64,000 bases of DNA from an uncultured Spirochaetaceae bacterium (GTDB lineage Bacteria > Spirochaetota > Spirochaetia > SZUA-6 > RPPD01), in assembly GCA_964514135.1 (NCBI GenBank), contig CAZEPL010000003.1:6549-70548 (forward strand), read 5' to 3'. This document shows, piece after piece, positions 47,707 to 57,941 of the stretch. The notes beneath the pieces were generated by a model. That model did no database searches and was not told the DNA's origin. It saw only the letters and a program-made list of their open reading frames with translations. The position numbers and the translations under genes are program-made. The first letter of the stretch is position 1. Each line of letters opens with the position of its first letter.

Positions 47707-49164
47707 TTACCGGACTAAACCGATAATCAGTTCCGTTTTTTCTCTGAGAATCCTAAAACGAATATCCTGATTTTTTTCCTGACTTAAATAGCGATAAAAA
47801 TCACGCGTATTCTCGATTTTCTTCTCATTTATTCTGGTTATCACATCACCCTGCTTAAGACCCACAGTAAAAGCGGCGCTTCCGTTAGCTACATGTAAGA
47901 TAACCACACCGCTGGTTTCCGTTTTTAGCTTCAACTCACTGCTGGTCTCCGGGGTAATAGGAAGTACAGAAAATCCCGGCCAGATTTTATCAGCCTGATT
48001 TGCTATTGTTTTTTCATCACCTCGCGACCCGAGTTTCACATTTATGTCCATTTCTTTACCGTCACGAATGAGGTTTAAAAGGGTGGCGGCGCCCGGTGAC
48101 AGGTTGCCTATTATGTGTAAAAGATGAGATGAATCTCTCAGCTCTTTACCGTTCACCGCCGTTATAAAATCGCCTGGGAGAACTCCTGCCTTAAAAGCCG
48201 GTGAATTTTTAAACAAACCATATACAAGAGCGCCACTTTTACCCTCTATTTTCAAATCCACGGCTAGCTCCGGAGGAATCCCTCCCATGGTAATACCCAG
48301 CCAGCCGTATTCCACTTTTCCTTTGGTAAGAAAATCTTCGATGTCTTTTTTTGCATTATTAATGGGAATGGCAAAGCCCAAACCGACACTGCCGCCGGTA
48401 GGTGATGCGATCCAGGTATTAATTCCTATCACTTTCCCTTCTATATTTACTAGTGCGCCACCCGAATTACCCTGGTTGATGGCCGCATCAGTCTGTATGT
48501 ATTCGGTAAAATTACCTCTTCCTGCTTCAAGAGCACTTTCACGGCCGACGGCGCTAATAATGCCTGAGGTAATGCTCGAAGAAAAACCGAATGGATTGCC
48601 GACAGCCAATACCCAGTCGCCCACCTGAATATCATCCGAATCACCCAGTTCTGCAATGGGTGTCTGTTCCTGGGTTTCGAAAACCAGGAAAGCCAGGTCC
48701 TTTTTATCGTCCACGCCAACCAATGAAGCATTAAACTCACGCTTGTCGGAGAGGGTAATATTTATTTCTTCGGCTTCTCCGGCCACATGGTAATTGGTAA
48801 GTACATACACCTTATTACCGATTCTCTTCACTATAATACCGGAGCCCAAACCATACTGCCTGTACTCCCTCTGCTCAGGTTTACTGTTGTTATCCGGATT
48901 ATCAAAAAAGAAATCAAATGGTGATGTAAAAGCAGGAGCTTTCACCACATCTGCTATTTTCACTTCCACTACCACAGGTATCACCTTCCCGGCCACAAGA
49001 TGAAAGGCATTCTGAATATTCTCTAATGTGGCAATACCCTGATTAATCTGCTCCGCTTTATCGTCACTATCAGCTCCTATAAAAAGAGTGGAAAATAATA
49101 AAAGTATTGCAAAAACTATTACCGTGCCGAGCGGTTTTTTTATAAATCTTATTTTATTTTTCAT
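47707..49164 (-). CDS. htrA: HtrA/DegP-family serine protease (trypsin domain + 2 PDZ)
   Basis: Motifs are HVAGEAEEI, DKKDLAFL and GNSGGALVN. Confidence 0.9.
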   Translation of the reverse strand: MKNKIRFIKKPLGTVIVFAILLLFSTLFIGADSDDKAEQINQGIATLENIQNAFHLVAGKVIPVVVEVKIADVVKAPAFTSPFDFFFDNPDNNSKPEQREYRQYGLGSGIIVKRIGNKVYVLTNYHVAGEAEEINITLSDKREFNASLVGVDDKKDLAFLVFETQEQTPIAELGDSDDIQVGDWVLAVGNPFGFSSSITSGIISAVGRESALEAGRGNFTEYIQTDAAINQGNSGGALVNIEGKVIGINTWIASPTGGSVGLGFAIPINNAKKDIEDFLTKGKVEYGWLGITMGGIPPELAVDLKIEGKSGALVYGLFKNSPAFKAGVLPGDFITAVNGKELRDSSHLLHIIGNLSPGAATLLNLIRDGKEMDINVKLGSRGDEKTIANQADKIWPGFSVLPITPETSSELKLKTETSGVVILHVANGSAAFTVGLKQGDVITRINEKKIENTRDFYRYLSQEKNQDIRFRILREKTELIIGLVR

Positions 49165-49181
49165 AATTTTTCTCCTTATAA

Positions 49182-50759
49182 CTAGTTAACCAGTCCCAGC
49201 AACAACTCTTTGTTGTCGCGGCTGAGTTTAAATATTATTTCAGACTGCCCGGATTCATTTATTGCTTTATAGAAATCCGTCACGTTATAAATTGGTCTAT
49301 TGTTTATTGAGCGTATGATATCGCCTGACTGAAAACCGGCTACTCCTGCAGCGCTGTGCTGCTCAACTCTACTGATAATCACATTACCGATGGTGTTTGC
49401 CAGATTAAGACGAGTACGAATATCATCCGTGATACTTATGGCAACCAATCCCGGCCAGAGCAGGGCGGCCTGGTCTGCTTCCTGCTCTGAGGCAGGTCTT
49501 TCCTTTACGTGCAATGTAAGATTCATCTTTTTCGCATAACGGATTAACTCCACCACTGCCTGCTCGCCAGGCTTTAGACTGCCTGCAGTAAGCAGCAGCT
49601 GCATCATATCGCTTATCTCTTCTCCATTAACACGGGTTATATAATCGCCGGGAAGTATCCCCGCTTTATAAGCGGGTGAATTCTTATACACACCGTACAC
49701 AAATGAACCCTTTGTATCAGCCAGATTGAGATCTTTCTGCAATGCAGCCGGAAGATCGCCGCTCTCTACCCCTATCCAGCCGTAGGACACTTTACCTTTG
49801 GTAATAAACTCCTCAATCGCGGTTTTCGCGTTATTTGTGGGAATGGCAAATCCTATACCCACATTTCCGCCGGAGGGTGATGCGATCCAGGTGTTTATGC
49901 CTATAACCTCACCACGAATGTTTACCAGTGCACCGCCGGAGTTTCCCTGATTGATAGCAGCGTCTGTCTGAAAATAATCGGTATATACCGCAATCTCGGA
50001 ATGAGGTAACGACCTCCTTCCTATGGCGCTAATAATGCCCTGTGTTACTGTGGAATCAAATCCCAGCGGATTCCCCACTGCAAGCACCCAGTCACCGACC
50101 TGAACAGAACTTGAGTCTCCGAGTACGGCTACGGGAATGTGTGCTTTAGCTTCAAACATCACCAAAGCCAGGTCTTTTTTATCATCTTTGCCCACCAGCG
50201 CGGCTTTGTACTCTTTATTATCTGCGAATTTAACGGTTATCTCATCAGCATCACGCACCACATGATTGTTGGTGAGTACATATACATTTCCGTCCACCTG
50301 ACGCACAACAATACCGGAACCTAATCCCTGGCGCCGAAATTCTCTTTGCTGGGGCGCGGAGTTATTTTCATCGGGACCAAAAAAGAATTCAAAAGGTGAA
50401 AAATCAGACGGCGCATCCTGTTTTACTACATCGACAACCGCAATCTCCACAACAGCGGGAAGAACCTTGCCTGAAATATCCTGCAGGGCCGTTTGAATGT
50501 TCGACATTGAAGCAAATCCCTCGTTAGCATTATGCGGAAGCTCCAGATTAAAGGAGCTCCCTGTTATAAATCCGTCCGGATGTGTCGAAATAATATAAGG
50601 GGACACTAACATCCCTGAGATAAAGAAGATGAGCGCTGCAACGGGCAGCTGAACAAATCTATGTTTAATTATTTGCTTTATGGTCATAACAACCTCCTCG
50701 TTTATAATGTTACGCTTTAAACATAACGGAGCAAGCTTACGGTAATATGACCGCAACAT
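49182..50759 (-). CDS. htrA: HtrA/DegP-family serine protease (tandem paralog)
   Basis: Motifs are HVVRDADEI and GNSGGALVNIRGEVIGINT. Confidence 0.9.
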   Translation of the reverse strand: MLRSYYRKLAPLCLKRNIINEEVVMTIKQIIKHRFVQLPVAALIFFISGMLVSPYIISTHPDGFITGSSFNLELPHNANEGFASMSNIQTALQDISGKVLPAVVEIAVVDVVKQDAPSDFSPFEFFFGPDENNSAPQQREFRRQGLGSGIVVRQVDGNVYVLTNNHVVRDADEITVKFADNKEYKAALVGKDDKKDLALVMFEAKAHIPVAVLGDSSSVQVGDWVLAVGNPLGFDSTVTQGIISAIGRRSLPHSEIAVYTDYFQTDAAINQGNSGGALVNIRGEVIGINTWIASPSGGNVGIGFAIPTNNAKTAIEEFITKGKVSYGWIGVESGDLPAALQKDLNLADTKGSFVYGVYKNSPAYKAGILPGDYITRVNGEEISDMMQLLLTAGSLKPGEQAVVELIRYAKKMNLTLHVKERPASEQEADQAALLWPGLVAISITDDIRTRLNLANTIGNVIISRVEQHSAAGVAGFQSGDIIRSINNRPIYNVTDFYKAINESGQSEIIFKLSRDNKELLLGLVN

Positions 50760-50782
50760 TACAGTTTTGAAAGCTTTCTTTA

Positions 50783-52162
50783 TTACACCGAAGGAAGTCT
50801 TACTTGAAAGGCGGTGTATTCCCCGACTACGCTTTGTGCGCTGATCTGTCCTCCGTGGGCTTCAACGACTGCTTTGGCCAGGCTTAAACCCAATCCTGCG
50901 CCCTTCTGCTGCTTGGCTTCTTTACTGCGGTAAAAGCGGTTCCAAATCTGCTTGATGTCATCATCCGCAATGCCCGAACCGGTATTCTTTACCTGAATAA
51001 CAACTTGTTCATTCTCAGACCAGGTAGTGACTTCTATTTTCCCCTCCGGAGGTGTGTATTTAAAGGCGTTTTCCAATAAATTGGATAATATTTGACGAAT
51101 ACGGTTGATATCGGCAAAGACGAAAAGACCGTGTACAAACTGGTTATTTAAGGTAATTTTTTTTTCTTCAGCAAGATAATGATAAAAATCGCTCAGATCC
51201 AGAATGAGTTCAGAAAGATCAATCTTTTTTTTATTAAGATTAATAACACCAGATTCAGCTTCCGAAATATCAAGCAATGTGTTCAGAAGATGTAATATAT
51301 GCTCGGATTCACTAATACCTTCGCTGAGTGCTTTTCCCATGGTTTTTTTATCACGGGGCGAGTTTAAAGCCATATCCGCTATGCCGCGCAGACGGGTCAG
51401 AGGAGTGCGTATTTCATGTGCGACATTATCCAAAGTATGGTGCAGGTTTCTCATAAGGTTATCGATTTTTTCGAGCATTTGGTTAAAAAGTACAATCACC
51501 TCATCCAGCTCATCTTTGTTCTTTGGCAAAGGAATTCGCATGTTCATTTGGCCTGTTTTAATAATCTCTTTAGTTACGTTTACAAGGCTCTTTACAGGTG
51601 ACAGGAAGCGGGATGAAAAGAAGAGGCCCCCCAAGAAACTTAATACAATCAAAGGAATAATGACCAGAAAAAAGGCCTGACGAAACTGAGCTAATGTTTT
51701 TTCCCGCTGCGTGTTTGATATGCCTATCTGCAGGATATTCTGATCCGGCAGGTAGACTGAAGATATATCCAATTCTTGCGAAGTTTCATGCGAAGCCAGT
51801 TTTATTATTTCTCCTTCTTTAATAAAGCGGAATTTTTCCAGCTCATAAAAATGGAATCCACGCCAATGATCCGGAACAAAGAGGTAGAGCGTGTTATTGT
51901 ATCTTCCCGCAATCCGGACCATGTATAATTTCTCCTCTTTTAAAAAGCGCTGTAGAGATATTTCTTTTATAAGCAGATCCAGGCTGCCTGTTTGATAAAT
52001 GGCCCAGTATTCAAGCAGCTTTGATTCCAGAAAAGCATATTCTTCGCTTATTATCGATGAAGAAATGATAAAATAAGAAGCAACATAGAGTATTAACGAG
52101 CACAATAAAAATATAATCGTGAAGAGCAGGGTAATGCGAAATCTAAACGACCTTAAGTACAT
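50783..52162 (-). CDS. Sensor histidine kinase (TM-HAMP-HisKA-HATPase)
   Basis: Motifs are HEIRTPLTRLRG and GAGLGLSLAK. The start overlaps the response regulator by 20 nt. Confidence 0.85.
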   Translation of the reverse strand: MYLRSFRFRITLLFTIIFLLCSLILYVASYFIISSSIISEEYAFLESKLLEYWAIYQTGSLDLLIKEISLQRFLKEEKLYMVRIAGRYNNTLYLFVPDHWRGFHFYELEKFRFIKEGEIIKLASHETSQELDISSVYLPDQNILQIGISNTQREKTLAQFRQAFFLVIIPLIVLSFLGGLFFSSRFLSPVKSLVNVTKEIIKTGQMNMRIPLPKNKDELDEVIVLFNQMLEKIDNLMRNLHHTLDNVAHEIRTPLTRLRGIADMALNSPRDKKTMGKALSEGISESEHILHLLNTLLDISEAESGVINLNKKKIDLSELILDLSDFYHYLAEEKKITLNNQFVHGLFVFADINRIRQILSNLLENAFKYTPPEGKIEVTTWSENEQVVIQVKNTGSGIADDDIKQIWNRFYRSKEAKQQKGAGLGLSLAKAVVEAHGGQISAQSVVGEYTAFQVRLPSV

Positions 52163-52817
52163 ACCCCACGCCCCTTACCGTGTGCAGCAGCTTTTTCTCA
52201 AATCCTTTATCTATTTTATTACGCAGCCTGTGAACAAGCACATCCACAACATTAGTTTCGGGATCGAAATGATAATCCCATACATGCTCCATAATCATGG
52301 TTTTGGACACCACGTTGCCGCTGTTGCGCATCAGATATTCTAACAGTGAATATTCCCTTGGTTGAAGCTCAATTACTTTAGAACCTCTTTCAACACGGCG
52401 CGTAAAAAGATCCATGCACAAATCACCAACAGTGAGTGTTGTAGTCTGCTGCTGCCGGGATGATCTTCGCAAAAGCGCCTGCAGCCGTGCCAAGAGTTCG
52501 GAAAAAGAGAACGGTTTGGTAAGATAATCATCCGTACCCGCCCGAAATCCTTTCAGTTTATCGTCAAGACCGCTTTTGGCACTTAGAATTAAGCACGGGG
52601 TAAATTTCTTTTTAGCTCTCAGTCGCTCAATAAGCGTAAACCCGTCAAGCTGCGGAAGCATAATATCAATAATCAGAGCATCGTAATCAACGCTTTGAGC
52701 CTGAATAAGGCCGCTTTGACCGTCGCTCATATGATCCGCTGCATAACCGGCCTGCTTTAGACCCTTTATAATAAAAGAGGCGATCTTTTTATCATCTTCA
52801 ACCACAAGAATTCGCAT
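52143..52817 (-). CDS. OmpR-family response regulator
   Basis: MRILVVEDD is followed by a winged-helix C-terminus. Confidence 0.9.
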   Translation of the reverse strand: MRILVVEDDKKIASFIIKGLKQAGYAADHMSDGQSGLIQAQSVDYDALIIDIMLPQLDGFTLIERLRAKKKFTPCLILSAKSGLDDKLKGFRAGTDDYLTKPFSFSELLARLQALLRRSSRQQQTTTLTVGDLCMDLFTRRVERGSKVIELQPREYSLLEYLMRNSGNVVSKTMIMEHVWDYHFDPETNVVDVLVHRLRNKIDKGFEKKLLHTVRGVGYVLKVV

Positions 52818-53052
52818 AAAAACCTATATTTTAACAATAATTCCAACTAAAAAAAGCATAGTGGATAAACAGCAGCCGCGTCAAGATCCAGGCTCCTTCT
52901 CATCTACAGCATGCCGGCTTTCAGAGCCTATGCTGCAGGAGGATTTATCTCTCACAATATTGACAAATCCAAGTTTTTGTTTTTATGATAACAGATTGCG
53001 GGTAATAACTAGTTTTCCTGCCGTTAGCGGGAGGAGGTAAGGCAGGCAGAAC

Positions 53053-54894
53053 ATGATGGGCACATATCTTACCATAGCTACTATAATCTGCATATACTTT
53101 TTACTGCTTTCTCTAAAAAACAAAGAAACCCTGAAGACTCTTACCTATTTACCGGATATAAAAGCGACACCTAAAGTCTCCGTACTTATCCCGGCGCGTG
53201 ATGAAGAGATAAATATTAACGAATGCCTTGATTCTCTGCTTGATCAGGACTACCCCAATTATGAAATTCTTGTAATCGATGATAATTCCGGCGACCGCAC
53301 CTGGGAGATACTCAAACAGTATGCAAAGAAAAATAAGAAGATTAAAGTATATAAGGGCAAACCGCTGCCGGAGGGCTGGGTGGGAAAACAATACGCCTGC
53401 CAGCAGTTAATAGAATCGGCAGACGGCGAATATCTGATGTTTACCGATGCGGATACCATTCATACTTCAAAAAGCATATCCTGGGCCATAACCAATATAT
53501 TACATCATAAAGCGGACTTTATGTCGGCCTTTTTGCACCACCTTATCGTTTCACTGGGTGAAGCGCTTATCGTTCCGGCGATATATATTATGACCACCAT
53601 CCTTATGCCGCTATGGAAAATTCCGCAGCAAGGAAATCCCTTTTTTTCCTTTGCCATCGGTCAGTTTATGATCTGCCGTAAAGAACCTCTCCTGGCCATC
53701 GGTGGTTATAATTCATTCAAAGACTCTCTGGTAGAAGATATGTCTCTGGCCAGGGCCATGAAAGAACACGGTTACAAAACAATCTTTATTGACGGTAAAA
53801 ATTACATTCACTGCAGAATGTATCATTCTTTTAAAAGTGCCTTTAAAGGACTTGTCAAAAACATGTTCGGAGCCCTGCATCAGAGCATTCTGTTTCTGGC
53901 AGTGCTCTTCCTGGTGGTTGCCGCGGTGATCGAAATTCCCGTGCTCAACCTTATCCAGCAGTGTTATTCGGGGGGCGAAAACCTTGTTTTGTCCATAATA
54001 CCCGTTAGTATGTTCAGCGGTATCTGGTTTATCGTATTGCGCGACAGAAAGGTATCACTTTCCATAACCCTGTCGTATCCCATACTCTTTTTTATGGTAA
54101 TGGTCATAGCCGTTACCTCCACCATAAAAACCGGATTCCTGGGGGGAGTGGAGTGGAAAGGGCGTCTGGTTCGTTGTAATTTTAGGAATATTAACCGGTC
54201 CACTCAGTTTAAGCCCAAGATCACTCGAATCAACGGCAGATACCTCTACCCGCTTTGCAGTGGGTATGCCAAATTTATTTACTGGCTCACCTTCTTACCG
54301 GTAATTCTCTTTAACATTCTCATCTTCCGGCTGCGTATAAAGGGGCGTAAGCACTTGAGGGGTATGGATCAAGGCGGGTTCTATATCTCAAACCACACTC
54401 TCTATCTGGACCCGGGGATTATTGCCAATACAATCGCACCGCACTGTACCTACTTTACCGCCATGGAACAGACCTTCGATATGCCCTTCGTGGGATATTA
54501 TATCAGACTGCTGGGTGCTTTTCCCGTCTCAGAAAAACTGCCCTTTGCCAGTCTTGTCAGGGTAGTGAAAAAAATTACCGCTGAAAAGAAATTTATCCAC
54601 TTTTTTCCCGAGGGAGATTTAATCCGTATGAGTCATACTATGGCCCCCTTCAGACAGGGTGTTTTTTATTTGGCTTATCTGCTTGATAAACCCATTATCC
54701 CGATTGTGATTAATCCCATACGAAAAAAAATATTCGGTAAAACGATCAATAAATTTTTTATGCGGGTGGAAGCCACCATATGCAAACCCATCTATCCTCA
54801 CTCCTTTAAAAACAAGGAAAAAAAGAAAGCGGAGATTATTCAAGAAATGACTCAGCATACCCATGCGCTCATGTCGGCTGTATTAAAACGTTAA
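53053..54894 (+). CDS. Fusion: GT2 glycosyltransferase (N-terminus) + PlsC-like lysophospholipid acyltransferase (C-terminus), with TM segments between
   Basis: The N-terminal region SVLIPARDEE...ILVIDDNSGDRT carries a DxD. The C-terminal region NHTLYLD (HX4D) is followed by FPEG. Confidence 0.65.
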   Translation: MMGTYLTIATIICIYFLLLSLKNKETLKTLTYLPDIKATPKVSVLIPARDEEININECLDSLLDQDYPNYEILVIDDNSGDRTWEILKQYAKKNKKIKVYKGKPLPEGWVGKQYACQQLIESADGEYLMFTDADTIHTSKSISWAITNILHHKADFMSAFLHHLIVSLGEALIVPAIYIMTTILMPLWKIPQQGNPFFSFAIGQFMICRKEPLLAIGGYNSFKDSLVEDMSLARAMKEHGYKTIFIDGKNYIHCRMYHSFKSAFKGLVKNMFGALHQSILFLAVLFLVVAAVIEIPVLNLIQQCYSGGENLVLSIIPVSMFSGIWFIVLRDRKVSLSITLSYPILFFMVMVIAVTSTIKTGFLGGVEWKGRLVRCNFRNINRSTQFKPKITRINGRYLYPLCSGYAKFIYWLTFLPVILFNILIFRLRIKGRKHLRGMDQGGFYISNHTLYLDPGIIANTIAPHCTYFTAMEQTFDMPFVGYYIRLLGAFPVSEKLPFASLVRVVKKITAEKKFIHFFPEGDLIRMSHTMAPFRQGVFYLAYLLDKPIIPIVINPIRKKIFGKTINKFFMRVEATICKPIYPHSFKNKEKKKAEIIQEMTQHTHALMSAVLKR

Positions 54895-54974
54895 ATAGTG
54901 CTACGAAGCTTGTTTTTATGTATTGTATATTTTCTTCGAATATATACACTTATCTCAAAATAGATTTATAAAGC

Positions 54975-55200
54975 GTAAAAATCTTTAGCTCAATATATAG
55001 CAAGGTGTCCCATATCTCAGGAGAAAATTGGATATGAACCCTTTCATGGAAAGGATTTTGGAGCACTCCCCACATGCTGTTAGGTTAGCATCTTCCGGAT
55101 GGGAAAATAAGCTAAAAGCAACCTGTGCTCGATTAATCAAGAAGGTCTATGGCACTGATCATTTGGTTTGACCAAGCTGTGGCTCTGAATTGAAGAATAA
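54975..55200 (+). mobile_element. IS91-family remnant fragment, sharing ~90 bp with 59130-59215
   Basis: The direct repeat is ATCTTTAGCTCAATATATAGCAA...ATGAACCCTTTCATGGAAAGGATTTT. Copy 2 is contiguous with a HUH transposase fragment. Confidence 0.35.
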
Positions 55201-55264
55201 TTCCTCCGCAAGTTGTTATCTTTCCTTCATATAATAATACTCAATAAAAATCATGGATTTACTA

Positions 55265-57418
55265 TTACCCCAAACCTAATAAGCTTCCTCCCTGATAAAC
55301 AATTAAAGCCATAATATATGCTAATGCAGTTGTATATATCATTTGGAACAGAACTTCTTTTAAACTTTTTGTCTCTTTATAAAACACTACCATTGCTGCA
55401 ATACAGGGAAAGTAAAGCAGAACAAAAATCATTAAAGAAAATGCTATTAAAGGAGAATATGCTATATCATTTCGTAATTTATCCCTTAATGTTTCTGATT
55501 CTTCATCAGCTTCTCCTACACTATAAACTGTGCCAAGTGTTGAAACTATTACTTCTTTGGCTGCAAATCCGGCAAATAGGCCTATCCCTAATCTCCAGTC
55601 AAACCCAAGAGGTTTAATTACAGGCTCTATTGCTTTTCCAATCCTTCCTGCAAAACTATATGACAAATCTTCTGTTGCCCTTTCATTTTCAAAATCTTCA
55701 ATCTTATTTTCTTTAATTTCTTCTATTTGATTACTTGTCTCTATTCCATTTATAAGCTTATAATAATCTTTTGAATATGAAGTAACTTTTGGAAAACTCA
55801 TTAATACCCACATAATAATTGAAACTGCAAGTATTATTGTACCGGCCTTTTTTAAATATAACTTTCCCTTTTCCCACATATGAATTAGAATACCTTTAAT
55901 AGTAGGAAGATGATAAGGCGGTAGTTCCATTACAAAAGGAGCAGACTCACCACGAAATCTAACCTTTGAAAATATTTTTGCCATAGCAACTGCAATAACT
56001 ATCCCTAAGATATATATTATAAATATAATATTCCCTGCAGCTTCTTTAGGAAAGAAAGCACCGGCAAAAAGTACATATACAGGCAATCTTGCTCCACAGC
56101 TCATAAATGTATTCACATGCATTGTAACCAGACGATCTCTTTTGCTTTCAAGTATTCGGCATCCCATGTATGCAGGTATTGTACAACCAAATCCTATAAG
56201 CATTGGAATAAATGATTTACCATGCAGTCCAAATTTATGCATGATCCTGTCCATAATAAACGCTGCTCTCGACATATATCCTGAATCTTCTAAGATAGCA
56301 ATTGCAATAAATAAAATTAGTATATTGGGAAGAAATACTAATACACCACCAACACCTCCTATTATCCCATCAACAATTAATGAATTGATTATGCCTTCAG
56401 GTATTACATTTCCTATAAGTTCTCCAAACCATCCAAAAAAGCTTTCTATCCACTCCATCGGTTTTTCTGCTAAAGTAAAAGTCATTTTAAATATAAGCCA
56501 CATGAAAAAAGCAAAGATGGGTAGTCCTAATATTCTATTGGTTAATATCTTATCTATTTTATCTGAAACATCTAATTTATGTCTTTCAAGCTGCCTGGCA
56601 GATTCTTTTACTACTCCTTTAATAAATCCATATCTCATGTCAACAATACGGCCTTCTACATCCTCACCAAAAATCATCTCCAAATGTTTTGTGCTTTCTT
56701 CGATTTGATATATTGCTTCTTGTTCAATAGAAGAGCCTTTGATATGCTCTAATTCTTCTTTGTCGTTTTCTAATAGCTTTATGCTAATATATCTGGCAGA
56801 TACTTTTTGCGTAAGACTTTTATCTTTTTTAATTATTTCTAACAATTTTTCTAATTCATTCTCTATTTCCTTTCCAAAATTTACTTGCACAGGCTTTATC
56901 TTTGACTCCCCTGTAGCAACCGTTATTATTTTCTCAAATAAAGCTTCAATTCCCTCTTTTTTATGGCCTACCGTAAAAACTATTTCACAGCCTATTAATC
57001 TAGAGAACAGATTTTCATCCAATCTTAAACCTTTTTTCTTGGCAATATCACTCATATTAAGACATAATATGAATGGTATACCCAATTCTGCCAATTGAGT
57101 AGCCAAATATAGATTTCTTTGAAGATTTGAAGAATCAATTATATCAACAACAACATCTGGTCTTTCTTCTATGAGAAATTTTCTTGCTACTACTTCATCA
57201 AGAGAATATGCTGTAAGGCTGTAAGTACCCGGAAGATCTACCACCTTTATTTTGTAATCCTTATAATTACATTTTCCTTCTTTTTTCTCCACAGTTACAC
57301 CTGGATAATTTCCTACATGCTGTCTCGCTCCGGTAAGAGCATTAAAAATAGTTGTTTTCCCTGAATTGGGATTACCAGCCAACGCTATTGTAATCTCGTT
57401 TTTATTGTTCTGACCCAA
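55265..57418 (-). CDS. feoB: Ferrous iron transporter B
   Basis: The G-domain is IALAGNPNSGKTTIFNALTG, followed by a polytopic membrane domain. The DNA is very AT-rich. Confidence 0.9.
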   Translation of the reverse strand: MGQNNKNEITIALAGNPNSGKTTIFNALTGARQHVGNYPGVTVEKKEGKCNYKDYKIKVVDLPGTYSLTAYSLDEVVARKFLIEERPDVVVDIIDSSNLQRNLYLATQLAELGIPFILCLNMSDIAKKKGLRLDENLFSRLIGCEIVFTVGHKKEGIEALFEKIITVATGESKIKPVQVNFGKEIENELEKLLEIIKKDKSLTQKVSARYISIKLLENDKEELEHIKGSSIEQEAIYQIEESTKHLEMIFGEDVEGRIVDMRYGFIKGVVKESARQLERHKLDVSDKIDKILTNRILGLPIFAFFMWLIFKMTFTLAEKPMEWIESFFGWFGELIGNVIPEGIINSLIVDGIIGGVGGVLVFLPNILILFIAIAILEDSGYMSRAAFIMDRIMHKFGLHGKSFIPMLIGFGCTIPAYMGCRILESKRDRLVTMHVNTFMSCGARLPVYVLFAGAFFPKEAAGNIIFIIYILGIVIAVAMAKIFSKVRFRGESAPFVMELPPYHLPTIKGILIHMWEKGKLYLKKAGTIILAVSIIMWVLMSFPKVTSYSKDYYKLINGIETSNQIEEIKENKIEDFENERATEDLSYSFAGRIGKAIEPVIKPLGFDWRLGIGLFAGFAAKEVIVSTLGTVYSVGEADEESETLRDKLRNDIAYSPLIAFSLMIFVLLYFPCIAAMVVFYKETKSLKEVLFQMIYTTALAYIMALIVYQGGSLLGLG

Positions 57419-57429
57419 AATGTCCTCCT

Positions 57430-57663
57430 TTAAATAACAATTATTTTGTGAGCCATACCATGACCAATGGCAATTTTAGAACCCTTTATTTTTATCATTA
57501 CTGGTCCCGGATGGCCCGAACTTATAAGTTCAATTTTTTCTCCTGGAATAAAACCCATCTCTTTCATCCTGTTGACAAACCCATACCCTCCATGTATTTC
57601 AACAATAGTTAGATTTTGCCCTTGGTGCATCATATATAGAGGGGCACTGTGTTTTTCTGTCAA
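57430..57663 (-). CDS. feoA: FeoA-family protein
   Basis: It is a small SH3-like FeoA protein (GEKIELIS...PVMIKIKGSKIAI). Confidence 0.7.
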   Translation of the reverse strand: MTEKHSAPLYMMHQGQNLTIVEIHGGYGFVNRMKEMGFIPGEKIELISSGHPGPVMIKIKGSKIAIGHGMAHKIIVI

Positions 57664-57896
57664 TCTTTAACCTCCACTATAATATTGATTGCTTCTTCTT
57701 TTCTTAATGAGAGATGATAGTCCTGGATAAGTAAATCAATCGGATCGCCTAATGGTGCTTTCTTCTTAACTTCAATCTCTGAACCAGCAATTACACCCAT
57801 ATCCATAATTCTTCTCTTTAAAATTGGCTTTCCCATAATGCTTTTAACCCTTCCTTTTTCACCTGGCTTAAGCTGGCTTAATTTCTTTTCTATCAT
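57660..57896 (-). CDS. feoA: FeoA-family protein
   Basis: LKPGEKGRVKSI...GDPIDLLIQDYHLSLRKEEA is FeoA-like. It overlaps its neighbour by 4 nt. Confidence 0.7.
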   Translation of the reverse strand: MIEKKLSQLKPGEKGRVKSIMGKPILKRRIMDMGVIAGSEIEVKKKAPLGDPIDLLIQDYHLSLRKEEAINIIVEVKD

Positions 57897-57941
57897 AATT
57901 ATCTACCTCCGGTATTATTAATGACTATTTGCAATTCTTAG

